Made by a program: the position numbers and the translations under genes. This document shows, one piece after another, positions 1-9,867 of a stretch of DNA of 64,000 nt. How positions within the stretch are numbered: the stretch's first letter is position 1; each line of letters opens with the position of its first letter. The stretch lies in assembly GCA_038209745.1 (NCBI GenBank), contig JBBQXJ010000001.1, positions 1 to 64,000 on the forward strand, written 5' to 3'. This DNA is from Verrucomicrobiota bacterium. GTDB lineage: Bacteria; Verrucomicrobiota; Verrucomicrobiia; Limisphaerales; CANJSG01. Under the pieces are notes generated by a model. The model ran no database searches, was not told the DNA's origin, and worked only from the letters and a program-made list of their open reading frames with translations.

Positions 1-1
1 G

Positions 2-643
2 TTCGCCGAAACCTTCAGCCCTGCGGCCCCCGCCCGGCCTCGAAGACCCTGCCGCCTCCGCCCGGCAGCCTCCTTTTTGACCCGCCGTCTTCCAGAAAAC
101 CACGACTCCCTCCAACCAAGCCTTTATTCAGCGCTTCCCTACGTGAAGCGGATCACACTGCAGGAGGAGGGTCTGGAGATCTTCGATCCGATCGGCCGGG
201 GCATCCTCGTGGGCTGGTCGCATTTCGGCCTTTTGACGACGGGCGCCGTGCGGACGCTGGATCCGGACGTGAGGCCGACGCGACTGGACTTTCTCCGGGA
301 TCATGAAGGGAGGCTGCGGGGACTGACCACGAAACGGGGCCCCAAGCCGCCCGCCAAGAAGGTCCACATCGATCTGGTCGTCGGGCGCGGCGCCGGGCGT
401 TTCACCTTGGAGGCTGATCCCGTGCTCTTGGCCGGCGCACTCGGGCGTTCTCTGTCCGGCGACATGGAGGAAGCGGTGGCGGAACTTGTGGGCCGGCTCC
501 ACGGCCGAGCGCCGGGAATGTGGCTGAACCGCGGAGCAGCCGCATTGCAGGAAGGGAAGGCGTTGTTCGAATATCCGTCCCGGAACGCATACCACGAGGA
601 AATGATCTGGTTCCTTTGGCAGATGGACCGGGCTGGCGGATGA
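2..643 (+). CDS. Hypothetical protein, probably 5'-truncated by the window edge
   Basis: The frame of ORF 77..643 has no stop back to position 2. Same strand as the next gene. No family recognised. Confidence 0.55.
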   Translation, partial: FAETFSPAAPARPRRPCRLRPAASFLTRRLPENHDSLQPSLYSALPYVKRITLQEEGLEIFDPIGRGILVGWSHFGLLTTGAVRTLDPDVRPTRLDFLRDHEGRLRGLTTKRGPKPPAKKVHIDLVVGRGAGRFTLEADPVLLAGALGRSLSGDMEEAVAELVGRLHGRAPGMWLNRGAAALQEGKALFEYPSRNAYHEEMIWFLWQMDRAGG

Positions 644-763
644 CCGGACGAAGGAGCTGCGAAAGGCTGATAATGCTGGCCGCGCGGAGGTTTCAATGTT
701 CCCATCCGACCGAACGGCCGACCGCCCCCGTCCAGCCCGACAACTCTCGGATCCTCCCGAACC

Positions 764-3700
764 ATGTCCATCCACGTCGCCCTCAACCATCGCACGTCCT
801 ATACCTACGACCGGCTCATAAACCTGGGTCCCCAGGTGGTGCGGCTGCGTCCCGCACCGCACTCGCGCACGCGGATCCTCGGCTACTCCATGCGCGTGAC
901 GCCGGAGAACCATTTCATCAATTGGCAGCAGGATCCGCAGTCGAACCATCTCGCCCGACTCGTGTTTCCGGAGAAGACGGACAAGTTCGTCGTGGAGGTG
1001 GATCTGGTGGCGGAGATGGCGGTCTTCAATCCCTTCGACTTCTTCCTCGAACCCGAAGCGGAGGCGTTTCCGTTCAAGTATGATCCCGCGCTGGACCACG
1101 AGCTCGCGCCGTTCCTGCTCAAGCTGCCGCTCGGACCGTCGCTCCGCTCCTGCGTGGAGGAGGTCCGCACCCAGATCATCGGGGAAACCGCCGCCGGCAA
1201 GGCCAACCCCAAGCCGATCCGCACGATCGACTTCATCGTCGCGCTGAACCAGAAGCTCTGGAAGAGCATCGCCTATCTCATCCGTCTCGAACCCGGGGTG
1301 CAGACTCCGGAAGAGACGTTGACCAAACTGAGCGGGTCCTGCCGCGATTCCGCGTGGTTGCTCTGCCAGTTGTTCCGTCATGTCGGCGTGGCGTCGCGCT
1401 TCGTCAGCGGCTACCTCGTCCAGCTCAAGGCCGACCAGAAGTCGCTCGACGGTCCGAGCGGCACGGAGGTCGATTTCACCGATCTGCACGCCTGGTGCGA
1501 GGTGTATCTGCCGGGCGCGGGCTGGGTCGGACTGGATCCGACTTCGGGGCTGTTCGCGGGCGAGGGACACATCCCGCTCGCCTGCACGCCCGATCCTTCC
1601 GGCGCTTCGCCCATCAGCGGCATGGTGGACGACGCGGAGTGCGAGTTCGGCTTCGAGATGAAGGTCACGCGCCTCTTCGAGTCGCCCCGGGTCACCAAGC
1701 CCTACACGGAAGATCAATGGGCCGAGATCGAGAAGCTCGGCCACTTCGTCGACGCCGATCTCGAGAAGAGCGACTGCCGCCTGACCATGGGTGGCGAACC
1801 GACCTTCGTCTCCATCGACGATCCGGACGGCGCGGAGTGGAACACCGCCGCGCTCGGCCCCAGGAAGCGGCTGCTCGCCGACGATCTGACCCTGCGCCTC
1901 AAGAAGCATTTCGCCCCCGGCGGTCTGCTCCACTACGGCCAGGGCAAATGGTATCCCGGCGAACCGTTGCCGCGCTGGGCCTTCGGCTGCTATTGGCGCA
2001 GGGACGGCCAACCCATCTGGGAGAATGCGGAACTCTTCGCCGACGAGAGGAAGGACTACGGCCACGGCGACAAGCAGGCTGAAGCGTTCATCTACGCCCT
2101 GTCCGAGCGGCTGCAGTGCGGTCGGCGCAACATCATGCCGGCCTACGAGGACGTCTTCTACTACCTGTGGAAGGAGCGGCGCCTGCCCATCAACGTCGAT
2201 CCGTTCGACTCCAAGCTGAAGAACAAGCAGGAGCGCGACCGCCTCGCCAAGGTCTTCGAGCAGGGTCTCGACAAGGTCGTCGGCTACGTGATGCCGCTCC
2301 ATCGCAGCTTCCGTCCATCGGAGCCCGGCTGGGTTTCCGGTCCCTTGTTCCTGCGTTCCGAACGCTGCTTCCTCGTCCCGGGCGATTCCGCCATGGGCCT
2401 CCGCCTGCCGCTCGACTCCATCCCATGGGCCGATCCGGGCGACTTCCCCTACATCAACGAACAGGATCCGCTCGAAGAACGCGGCCCCCTTCCCAACCGC
2501 CCGGAGAAGGACCTGCGCCGCGACTTCTCCGCCGCCTGGTTCGTCACGCCCGATGGCGCCGCCGAAGCGGGTTCCAAAAGCTCCGGGCGCACCCTGCCGA
2601 GGCGTCTTGCCGAACTGCCTGCGGGATTGGAGGTCTTGACACCTCCCGCCGTCGGCGAATCGGCCGGCTTCATTCCCCACACCGCGCTTTGTGTCGAAGC
2701 CCGGCAAGGCAAGGTCCACGTCTTCATGCCGCCGGTCCGCACGCTCGAGGACTACCTCGACTGCATCGCCGCCGTGGAGGACACGGCCGAACTGCTCTCA
2801 ATGCCCGTCGTCATCGAGGGCTACACCCCGCCGCACGACCCGCGCCTGGAGGTGCTCAAGGTCACGCCCGATCCCGGCGTGATCGAGGTCAACATGCACC
2901 CGGCCCATTCGTGGGAAGAGATGGTGAAGCACACCGAGCTGCTCTACGAGGAGGCGCGACACTGCCGCCTCGGCACGGAGAAGTTCATGGTCGATGGACG
3001 CCACACCGGCACCGGTGGCGGCAACCACATCGTCATCGGTGCGGCCACGCCGCAGGACAGCCCGCTCCTGCGCCGACCCGATCTGCTCCGTTCCCTCATC
3101 GCCTATTGGCAGAACCATCCGTCGCTCTCCTACCTCTTCAGCGGCATGTTCATCGGGCCCACCAGCCAGAGCCCGCGCATCGACGAAGCCCGCAACGACT
3201 CCCTCTACGAGATGGAGATCGCCTTCAAGCAGGTGCCCGAGTTCGGCGAAGTCCCGCCGTGGATCGTGGACCGCTTGTTCCGCAACCTCCTGATCGACTC
3301 CTCCGGCAACACCCATCGGGCCGAGCTCTCCATCGACAAGCTCTACTCGCCCGACAGCAGCACCGGCCGGCTGGGACTGCTGGAGATGCGCGCTTTCGAG
3401 ATGCCGCCCCACGCCCACATGAGCCTCGCCCAGCAGCTCCTGTTGCGGACGCTCATCGCCCGGTTCTGGAACAAGCCATACACGAACCACCTCGTCCGTT
3501 GGGGCACCGACATCCACGACCGCTGGATGCTGCCGCATTTCGTCTGGAGCGACTTCGCCGACGTGATCGAGGACCTCCAGGTCGCCGGCTACGCGATGAA
3601 GGCCGAGTGGTTCGCGCCGCACTTCGAGTTCCGTTTCCCGCAGCTCGGCGATCTCGCAGTGGGCCACATCGAGGTCGAGCTGCGCCAGGCGCTCGAACCC

Positions 3701-4174
3701 TGGCACGTGCTCGGCGAAGAAGCCGGTCCCGGCGGCGCCGTCCGCTACGTCGACTCCTCGCTGGAGCGCATCCAGGTGAAAGCCCGGGGCTTGGTGGAAG
3801 GCCGTCACGTCATCGCCGCGGGCGGCCATACCATGCCGCTGCACTCCACCGGGACGAACGGCGAATTCGTGGCGGGCGTCCGTTACCGGGCTTGGCAGCC
3901 GCCGAACTGTCTCCAGCCGACGATCGGCGTGCATACCCCGTTGGTCTTCGACGTGGTGGACACCTGGAACGGCCGCAGCATCGGCGGATGCACCTACCAC
4001 GTCTCGCATCCCGGCGGACGCAGCCATGAGACCGCACCGGTGAACTCCTTCGAAGCCGAGAGCCGCCGCCTCGCGCGCTTCTTCCGCCACGGCCACACGC
4101 CCGGCCCGATGAAGCTCAACACGCCGAAGCTCAACCCCGACTTCCCCTTCACGCTGGATCTGCGCGGGGTCTGA
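764..4174 (+). CDS. Transglutaminase-like protein fused to a DUF2126 putative amidoligase domain
   Basis: 1136 aa. N-terminal HRTSYTYD...RLRP (Bact_transglu_N type), triad motifs GSCRD / DLHAW / GLDPT, then TMGGEPTFVS, TPDPGVIEVN, GTGGGNH and C-terminal TLDLR. Confidence 0.9.
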   Translation: MSIHVALNHRTSYTYDRLINLGPQVVRLRPAPHSRTRILGYSMRVTPENHFINWQQDPQSNHLARLVFPEKTDKFVVEVDLVAEMAVFNPFDFFLEPEAEAFPFKYDPALDHELAPFLLKLPLGPSLRSCVEEVRTQIIGETAAGKANPKPIRTIDFIVALNQKLWKSIAYLIRLEPGVQTPEETLTKLSGSCRDSAWLLCQLFRHVGVASRFVSGYLVQLKADQKSLDGPSGTEVDFTDLHAWCEVYLPGAGWVGLDPTSGLFAGEGHIPLACTPDPSGASPISGMVDDAECEFGFEMKVTRLFESPRVTKPYTEDQWAEIEKLGHFVDADLEKSDCRLTMGGEPTFVSIDDPDGAEWNTAALGPRKRLLADDLTLRLKKHFAPGGLLHYGQGKWYPGEPLPRWAFGCYWRRDGQPIWENAELFADERKDYGHGDKQAEAFIYALSERLQCGRRNIMPAYEDVFYYLWKERRLPINVDPFDSKLKNKQERDRLAKVFEQGLDKVVGYVMPLHRSFRPSEPGWVSGPLFLRSERCFLVPGDSAMGLRLPLDSIPWADPGDFPYINEQDPLEERGPLPNRPEKDLRRDFSAAWFVTPDGAAEAGSKSSGRTLPRRLAELPAGLEVLTPPAVGESAGFIPHTALCVEARQGKVHVFMPPVRTLEDYLDCIAAVEDTAELLSMPVVIEGYTPPHDPRLEVLKVTPDPGVIEVNMHPAHSWEEMVKHTELLYEEARHCRLGTEKFMVDGRHTGTGGGNHIVIGAATPQDSPLLRRPDLLRSLIAYWQNHPSLSYLFSGMFIGPTSQSPRIDEARNDSLYEMEIAFKQVPEFGEVPPWIVDRLFRNLLIDSSGNTHRAELSIDKLYSPDSSTGRLGLLEMRAFEMPPHAHMSLAQQLLLRTLIARFWNKPYTNHLVRWGTDIHDRWMLPHFVWSDFADVIEDLQVAGYAMKAEWFAPHFEFRFPQLGDLAVGHIEVELRQALEPWHVLGEEAGPGGAVRYVDSSLERIQVKARGLVEGRHVIAAGGHTMPLHSTGTNGEFVAGVRYRAWQPPNCLQPTIGVHTPLVFDVVDTWNGRSIGGCTYHVSHPGGRSHETAPVNSFEAESRRLARFFRHGHTPGPMKLNTPKLNPDFPFTLDLRGV

Positions 4175-4176
4175 AC

Positions 4177-4234
4177 CGGGACGACTCTTCGAACACGCAG
4201 CGTCCGATTCCAAAGGCTGGAAGGAGTCGCCCGG
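4177..4234. repeat. Imperfect inverted repeat just after the transglutaminase stop codon
   Basis: ccgggacgactcttc ... gaaggagtcgcccgg (reverse complement ccgggcgactccttc). No U-tract. Confidence 0.4.
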
Positions 4235-4429
4235 GCCACGATTCGTGCCTTCGCGCGGGAGGGATTGGAGGGGTTTCAAAAAAGACCCCCAATTCTGGGA
4301 CTGTCGCCACTGGCAGAAGCGGTCCATATGAACGGGAACAGGGCGATTTGAATGAATCCGACAGCGGCCGACCTACCACTTTTTCCGGGTGGTCGTCGCC
4401 GGCACGTCGACCCGGAAAACGTCTCCGAC

Positions 4430-5221
4430 ATGGCCACGCACCGTCTCCGCCGCGAATCCCGATCCAAGGGCTTCACCCTGATCGAGCTGTTGGTTGTCAT
4501 CGCGATCATCGCGATACTGGCAAGCATGCTTCTGCCGGCGTTGAACAAGGCCAAGCAAAAGGCCGACCAAACCAGCTGCCTCAACAACAACCGCCAGATG
4601 TTCATCGCGTCGCAGCTCTATGCGGACGATGCCGGCGGGAACCTGTGCTTCACGTTCGTGGTGCGCGGCAACAATGTGGATCGCAAGCTCTGGTTCAACC
4701 TCCTCGGGCCCTATGTCGGAACGACCAAGCGCCTGGCTCTCTGCCCCACCGCATCGAAGAACATCGGCCTCAAGGCCTTCACCATCTACCCTTCGGATCC
4801 GGCCGACCAGGCGGTGATCAACTATGGGTACAACTTCCAGCTGGGCGGCTGTGACTGGCCAGGTTCCTGGCCAAAAGAGACCTATCGGCCCCGCAAAACC
4901 TCGAACATCGCCAAGCCAAGCTCCACGGTGCAGTTCACCGACGGAGGGAGTCTTCCGCTCAACACGACCGACCCGGAGAAGTGCGTCACCACCCGGTCCA
5001 CCGACAAGCCCGGCTGCTGGATCGTCCAGGATCCTTCCTCATCTGCCCGACCCGCGGCTCTGGCCGCCAGCCCGGGAGATCCGAATTGGGGAGGGCCAAG
5101 CCTTCGTCACAGCGCCCGCAGCGTCGTCGCGTTCACAGACGGACATGTCGAAAGCGTCAAGGCATCCAAGTGGTATTGGGCGGGGACGCCGTGGTTGAAT
5201 CCAGATCTCGGCGGCCAATGA
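4430..5221 (+). CDS. Prepilin-type N-terminal cleavage/methylation protein with C-terminal H-X9-DG motif
   Basis: [26 protein letters not shown] and C-terminal [16 protein letters not shown]. Alternative start at 4352. Confidence 0.9.
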   Translation: MATHRLRRESRSKGFTLIELLVVIAIIAILASMLLPALNKAKQKADQTSCLNNNRQMFIASQLYADDAGGNLCFTFVVRGNNVDRKLWFNLLGPYVGTTKRLALCPTASKNIGLKAFTIYPSDPADQAVINYGYNFQLGGCDWPGSWPKETYRPRKTSNIAKPSSTVQFTDGGSLPLNTTDPEKCVTTRSTDKPGCWIVQDPSSSARPAALAASPGDPNWGGPSLRHSARSVVAFTDGHVESVKASKWYWAGTPWLNPDLGGQ

Positions 5222-5568
5222 TCTGTGCCCGGGCTTCCACATCCACGGCTCCACCACCGAGAACACGGGCTGGCAGAAATCCTCCTCAGCCGGAGCGATG
5301 CAGTGGAAATGAATGGGGATCGCAGCCGCCCCGGACCCGGACGCGTCCGGACCTACCAAGCGGTGAATCGTTTCCTGCTCCTCCCGTGGACCGCGAGGGC
5401 GCGGTCCACGGCGCCCGGGGCGGGCGCGCTCCCCAATCCCTACCGCATCGTTCCGGCGCACTTCGGATCTGGGCGAAATGGAATGCCAGCTCAACGCAGT
5501 CGCGGTGCTGGGACGCTTCGGCCGAAGCGTTGGATTGAGCCAGTTTCGGTCTCCGGGGTCTGATCACC

Positions 5569-5599
5569 AAAAAAAACAGACCGCCCGAAGGCGGCCTGT
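5569..5599 (-). terminator. Intrinsic terminator after the serA-PPIase pair
   Basis: Minus strand acaggccgcc-ttcg-ggcggtctgt followed by a T run. Confidence 0.85.
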
Positions 5600-5623
5600 C
5601 GTGGATTGATTGGCGGAGGGGGT

Positions 5624-6682
5624 TCAGGCCTTGGGCTGGTCCTTGATCGCGTCGGGCATGGGGATCAGGATCTCGACGTTGTTGTCCTTCTTCAGCTGCT
5701 CGACGAAGTCGGGGATCAGCTTCTGGATCTCCTGGGATTCGAGGCCCTTTTTCAGATCATCGTGGACCTTGTCCAGCGTGACCATTTCGGCGGGGGTCTT
5801 CTCGTTGAACTTGATGATGTGGTAGCCGAGCGTCGAGCTGACGAGATCGCTGATCTTGCCAGGTTCGAGGGAAAACGCGGCGGCCTCGAACTCGGGCGGG
5901 ATGCGACCGGTGCCTCGCGGAAAGGAGATCTCGCCACCGGTGTTCTTCGAGCCGGGATCGTCGGAGAACTCCTTGGCGAGAGCGGCGAAGTCCTCGCCCT
6001 TGTCGGCCCGTTCCTTGACCTTCTTCGCCACGGCGAGCTTCTCGGCTTTCACCGCGTCGGGCAACGGCTGGGGCGGCTTGGTGGAAGGGTCGAGGGTCGA
6101 GATCAGGATCTGGTTCACCTTCACCATTTCGGGCTTCTCGAACTTCGACGGGTTCTCCTTGTAGAACTTCGTCACGTCGTCTTCGGACACGGTGAACTTC
6201 GGGCGCAGGTTGCGGTCCAGGACGGTCTGCCAGACGAGCTGCTCCAGCGTCTTCGCCTTGAACTGGTCCAGCGTCATGCCGGTGAACTTGAGCTGCTGCT
6301 CGAAGGCTTCCGGAGTGGGGAATTTCTTCAGCGTCTCCGCCATGACCGTGTCGAGGCGCTTCTGGGCTTCGGTCCTGTCGGCTTCGGTCGCCATGCCGGT
6401 CAGCATTTTCGAGGCGATGAGGCGGTCAAGCAGCCGATACTCGACGACCGGCCTCTGGGCTTCGGGGATCTGTTGTCCGCGCGACGCATAGGCGGCGCGG
6501 AGCTCGCCGAAAGCCTCGTCCAGCTCGCTTTGTTTGACGGTGAAGCCCTTGCCCTTGGCGACGGCCGCGTCTTCAAAGAGGGAGTCGAGTTTGGAGGCGG
6601 CGGAGGCCGGGGCATCGGCGGCCCGGGACAGGAAGGCGGTGCCCGCGAGGGCGGCGGCCACGAGAAGCGGAGTCAGTTTCAT
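5624..6682 (-). CDS. Exported parvulin-type peptidyl-prolyl isomerase (PrsA/SurA-like foldase)
   Basis: Signal peptide; FAALAKEFSDDPGS..GGEI, PEFEAAAFSL and GYHII PpiC motifs. Confidence 0.9.
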   Translation of the reverse strand: MKLTPLLVAAALAGTAFLSRAADAPASAASKLDSLFEDAAVAKGKGFTVKQSELDEAFGELRAAYASRGQQIPEAQRPVVEYRLLDRLIASKMLTGMATEADRTEAQKRLDTVMAETLKKFPTPEAFEQQLKFTGMTLDQFKAKTLEQLVWQTVLDRNLRPKFTVSEDDVTKFYKENPSKFEKPEMVKVNQILISTLDPSTKPPQPLPDAVKAEKLAVAKKVKERADKGEDFAALAKEFSDDPGSKNTGGEISFPRGTGRIPPEFEAAAFSLEPGKISDLVSSTLGYHIIKFNEKTPAEMVTLDKVHDDLKKGLESQEIQKLIPDFVEQLKKDNNVEILIPMPDAIKDQPKA

Positions 6683-6697
6683 GGGCGGTAGTATGGA

Positions 6698-8299
6698 TCA
6701 GAGCTGCACGACCCGCACGTTGGTGATGTCGGCGTCGTTTTCGATTTCTTTCAGGCACGCGTCGGACGGGCGCGTATCCAGAACGAAGACGGTCAGGGCC
6801 TCGCCGCCGGGGACTTCGCGGCTGAGGCTCATGTTGGCGATGTTGACGGCGTGCTTGGCCAACAGCGTGCCGAGGTAGCCGACGATGCCGGGCCGGTCCT
6901 TGTTGTTCAGCAGGAGCAGCGTGCCGGAGATGGGCAGCTCCACCGGGAGGCTGAAGAGGCGGACGATGCGCGGGTTGTTCGGCGAACCAAAGAATGTGCC
7001 GCCGGCGGAAAGGACCTTCTCGGTGCCGCTGAAGAGCTGGACGTGCAGCCACTCGTTGAAGGTGACGGGCTCGTCCGACTTCTTCTCCTCCACGTTCAGC
7101 CCGAGCGAAGCGGCCGCGCTGCGCACATTGACGTTGTTGATGTCCTTCATCGAGGCCCCATGGGCCAGATAGCCCTGGAGAACGGCGCGGGTGATGGGGT
7201 CGACATTCGGTAGGTCCTGGGCCTTGCCGCCGTAGGTGATATGGAGCCGGTCCACATTGGCGGGAGCCAGCTGGCCCAGCAGGCTGCCGATCTTCTCTCC
7301 GAGCGCGAGGTAGGGCTTCACCAGCTCGTAGGTCTTGGCGTCGACCCCGGGGAGATTGACCGCGTTCTTCACTTCGCCGGTCAGCAGGAAGCCGGAAATG
7401 ACCTCGGCGACTTCGATGCCGCACTTCTCCTGGGCTTCCCCGGTGCTGGCGCCGAGATGGGGCGTGAGCACGACATTGGGCAGGGTGCGGAACTTGTGGT
7501 CGGCCGGGAGCGGTTCTTCGCAGAAGACGTCCAGCGCGGCGGCGCCGACCTTGCCGGACTCCAGCGCGGCCACGAGGTCGGCCTCGGCGATGATCTCGCC
7601 CCGGGCGCAGTTCACGATGCGGACGCCGGGCTTCATCTTGGTGAAGGCCTCGGTGTTCAACATGCCGCGCGTCTGCTCCGTCACGGGCATGTGGACGGTG
7701 ATGAAATCGGCCGCGCGATAAACGACGTCCGTATCCTGGGCGAGCTCGACGCCGAGCTGCTTGGCGCGCGCCTCGGTGAGGAAGGGATCATAGGCGACGA
7801 CCCGCATGCCGAAGACGAGGGCGCGCTTGGCCACCTCGCTGCCGATGCGGCCCATGCCGAGGACGCCGAGCGTCTTGCCGGCGACCTCCGTGCCCTGGAA
7901 GGCTTTCCGGTCCCACTTGCCGGCGGCCATGGTGGCGTGGGCGGCGGGGATCATGCGGGCGATGGCGCCCAGCATGAAGAAGGTCAATTCCGCCGTGGTG
8001 ACCGTGTTGCCCGCCGGCGTGTTCATGACCACCACGCCGAGGGCGGTGGCGGCTTCCACGTCGACGTTGTCCACGCCGACTCCGGCGCGGCCGACGACTT
8101 TCAGGTTCGGCGCCGCTTCCATGACCTTGCGGGTGACCTTGGTCTCGGAGCGGACGACCATGGCGTCGACATCGGCGACGATCGCCAAGAGTTCGGTTTC
8201 GGACAGGCGCTTCGGGAGGACGGTGACCTTGAATTCGGGACGGCCCTGGAAGAGGGCGATACCCTTGGGCGAGATCGGATCACAGATCAAAACGTGCAT
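6698..8299 (-). CDS. serA: D-3-phosphoglycerate dehydrogenase with C-terminal ACT domain
   Basis: Starts MHVLICDPIS; GRAGVGVDN, GMGRIG, NCARG, TPHLGAST; ACT motif DRPGIVG. Confidence 0.95.
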   Translation of the reverse strand: MHVLICDPISPKGIALFQGRPEFKVTVLPKRLSETELLAIVADVDAMVVRSETKVTRKVMEAAPNLKVVGRAGVGVDNVDVEAATALGVVVMNTPAGNTVTTAELTFFMLGAIARMIPAAHATMAAGKWDRKAFQGTEVAGKTLGVLGMGRIGSEVAKRALVFGMRVVAYDPFLTEARAKQLGVELAQDTDVVYRAADFITVHMPVTEQTRGMLNTEAFTKMKPGVRIVNCARGEIIAEADLVAALESGKVGAAALDVFCEEPLPADHKFRTLPNVVLTPHLGASTGEAQEKCGIEVAEVISGFLLTGEVKNAVNLPGVDAKTYELVKPYLALGEKIGSLLGQLAPANVDRLHITYGGKAQDLPNVDPITRAVLQGYLAHGASMKDINNVNVRSAAASLGLNVEEKKSDEPVTFNEWLHVQLFSGTEKVLSAGGTFFGSPNNPRIVRLFSLPVELPISGTLLLLNNKDRPGIVGYLGTLLAKHAVNIANMSLSREVPGGEALTVFVLDTRPSDACLKEIENDADITNVRVVQL

Positions 8300-8475
8300 A
8301 AAAGAATTGAGACATTGGGGGAAAGGCCGGTTCGGGTCAATGGCTGGACCAGAAGTCGAGCGGCGGCCGTGATTTGGGAGAATCGGAACGCCCTGCCGCC
8401 CAAAGCCGAGCCGTCGTCCCCGCAAATTCTCCCTCGCGCGACGGCCCGGGTTCGGCTACCGCATCTCTCCAGATC

Positions 8476-9342
8476 ATGGATCAACCGCCCTCCGTTCCGC
8501 CTCCGTTCCCGTCCGGTCCTCCGCGTTTGCCCGCCAAGGTCGCCGCGTGGCGCTGGTGGATCCATCTGGTCGTCATCGGCTCCTATCCGCTGGTCATCGG
8601 GCTGATGAGCATGGTGATGCCTTCGCGGCAAACCGGGGACGCGGGGCCGGCACTGGGAACGGATGCGGGCGGTCTGCTGGTGGCCTCGGGACTGACGATG
8701 GCGATGTTCGCGGTGATCTTCGCCGTGGGCTGGGTCGCCTCGCGGGCGACGGTGGACGACCTGCGGCTGCGGTGGCGCCGGGGTTGGGCGGCGTTGCCGC
8801 TGGGGTTCGCGTATTCGCTCGCCCTCCGGATGTTGGCGGGCGTCGCGGTGGTGTTCGTCGGCCTCTTCCTCGTGGTCTCCGGCAAGGTGAAGCGGGACGA
8901 CCTCTCGGAGTTCATCACGGACAACAAACCCGACGTGGAGGCGGTGGTGAGCGTGGGCTCCCTCGGGGACAACCCGGCCTACTACGTCCTCAGCCTGACG
9001 CTGGTCAGCTTCGTGGTGGCGGGATTCCGGGAGGAGCTGTGGCGTTCGTCCACCTTCGCCGCGTTGGAGAAGTTGTTCCCGAAGTCGGCGCGGTCGTTGG
9101 GCGGGAAAGCCGGGGCCATTCTGCTGACCGCAGTGGTCTTCGGCCTAGGGCACTGGCCCCAAGGGTGGCTGGCGATGATCCTGACCGGGTCGCTGGGACT
9201 GGGACTCGGCACGATCATCATGGTTCACCGGTCGATCTGGATCGCGGTGTTGGCCCATGGATTCTTCGACGCCGCCAGTCTCGCTCTGTTGCCCCTGTTG
9301 CCGAAGCTGCTGGAATCCGCGAAGCACTTGTCCGGGCAGTGA
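8476..9342 (+). CDS. CPBP (CAAX/Abi) family intramembrane metalloprotease
   Basis: Multi-TM protein with EELWR, FGLGH and AHGFFD motifs. Confidence 0.9.
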   Translation: MDQPPSVPPPFPSGPPRLPAKVAAWRWWIHLVVIGSYPLVIGLMSMVMPSRQTGDAGPALGTDAGGLLVASGLTMAMFAVIFAVGWVASRATVDDLRLRWRRGWAALPLGFAYSLALRMLAGVAVVFVGLFLVVSGKVKRDDLSEFITDNKPDVEAVVSVGSLGDNPAYYVLSLTLVSFVVAGFREELWRSSTFAALEKLFPKSARSLGGKAGAILLTAVVFGLGHWPQGWLAMILTGSLGLGLGTIIMVHRSIWIAVLAHGFFDAASLALLPLLPKLLESAKHLSGQ

Positions 9343-9375
9343 GCCGGAGCGGAGGCGACGCCGCACCCTCCCGGC

Positions 9376-9867
9376 TCAGCCCTTGGACTTCGGAGCGGCG
9401 GGGAACTTGGCCTGGACCGCGTCGAGGATCTTCTGCACCTCGCTGCTGCCGCCGGCCATCGACCAGCTGGACTCTTCGATGGCCCAGTCGTCCTTGTCCC
9501 GGACTTTGCGCACTTCGGCCGAGAGTTTTTGGCCGTCGCCCTGGTCCTCGATGTCGATGGTCACGCGGGCATAGACCGGTGCGCCGGTCCAGTCGCCATG
9601 CATCAGGAATCCGCCCGTGCCCTCTTTCTTCTCGAAGACGAGCTGGCGGCTGGACGAGTGGGCCAACTGGTAGCCGCTGGCCTTGAATCCCTCCATCAGG
9701 GCCAGTCCGACGGCCTCGAGCGACTGTCGGTAGACGAAGGCTCCGGGGTGGCCGAACGAGGCGTAGCTGTGGGTCGTGCAGCCCGTGAAAACAGCCGGAC
9801 CCGCCAAGCAGAGGGCGAGGGCTAGGACGATGGTTTTCGGAAATCTCATGGTGCGGATCGAGCTCAT
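9376..9867 (-). CDS. Predicted lipoprotein of unknown function
   Basis: Hydrophobic signal ending in lipobox FTGC. ATG overlaps the upstream stop (ATGA at 9864-9867). Confidence 0.75.
   Translation of the reverse strand: MSSIRTMRFPKTIVLALALCLAGPAVFTGCTTHSYASFGHPGAFVYRQSLEAVGLALMEGFKASGYQLAHSSSRQLVFEKKEGTGGFLMHGDWTGAPVYARVTIDIEDQGDGQKLSAEVRKVRDKDDWAIEESSWSMAGGSSEVQKILDAVQAKFPAAPKSKG

Noticed and set aside
128..4327. Long antisense ORFs (128..2719, 2798..4327) and many similar ones, e.g. 24890..27157, 17343..19370, 47781..50048
   Set aside because: They mirror well-supported genes on the opposite strand, lack family motifs and are expected in high-GC DNA.
5225..5563. 112-aa ORF containing GLAEILL, faintly like a glycoside hydrolase fragment
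   Set aside because: Too short a resemblance, Arg/Pro-rich composition and no other motif support.
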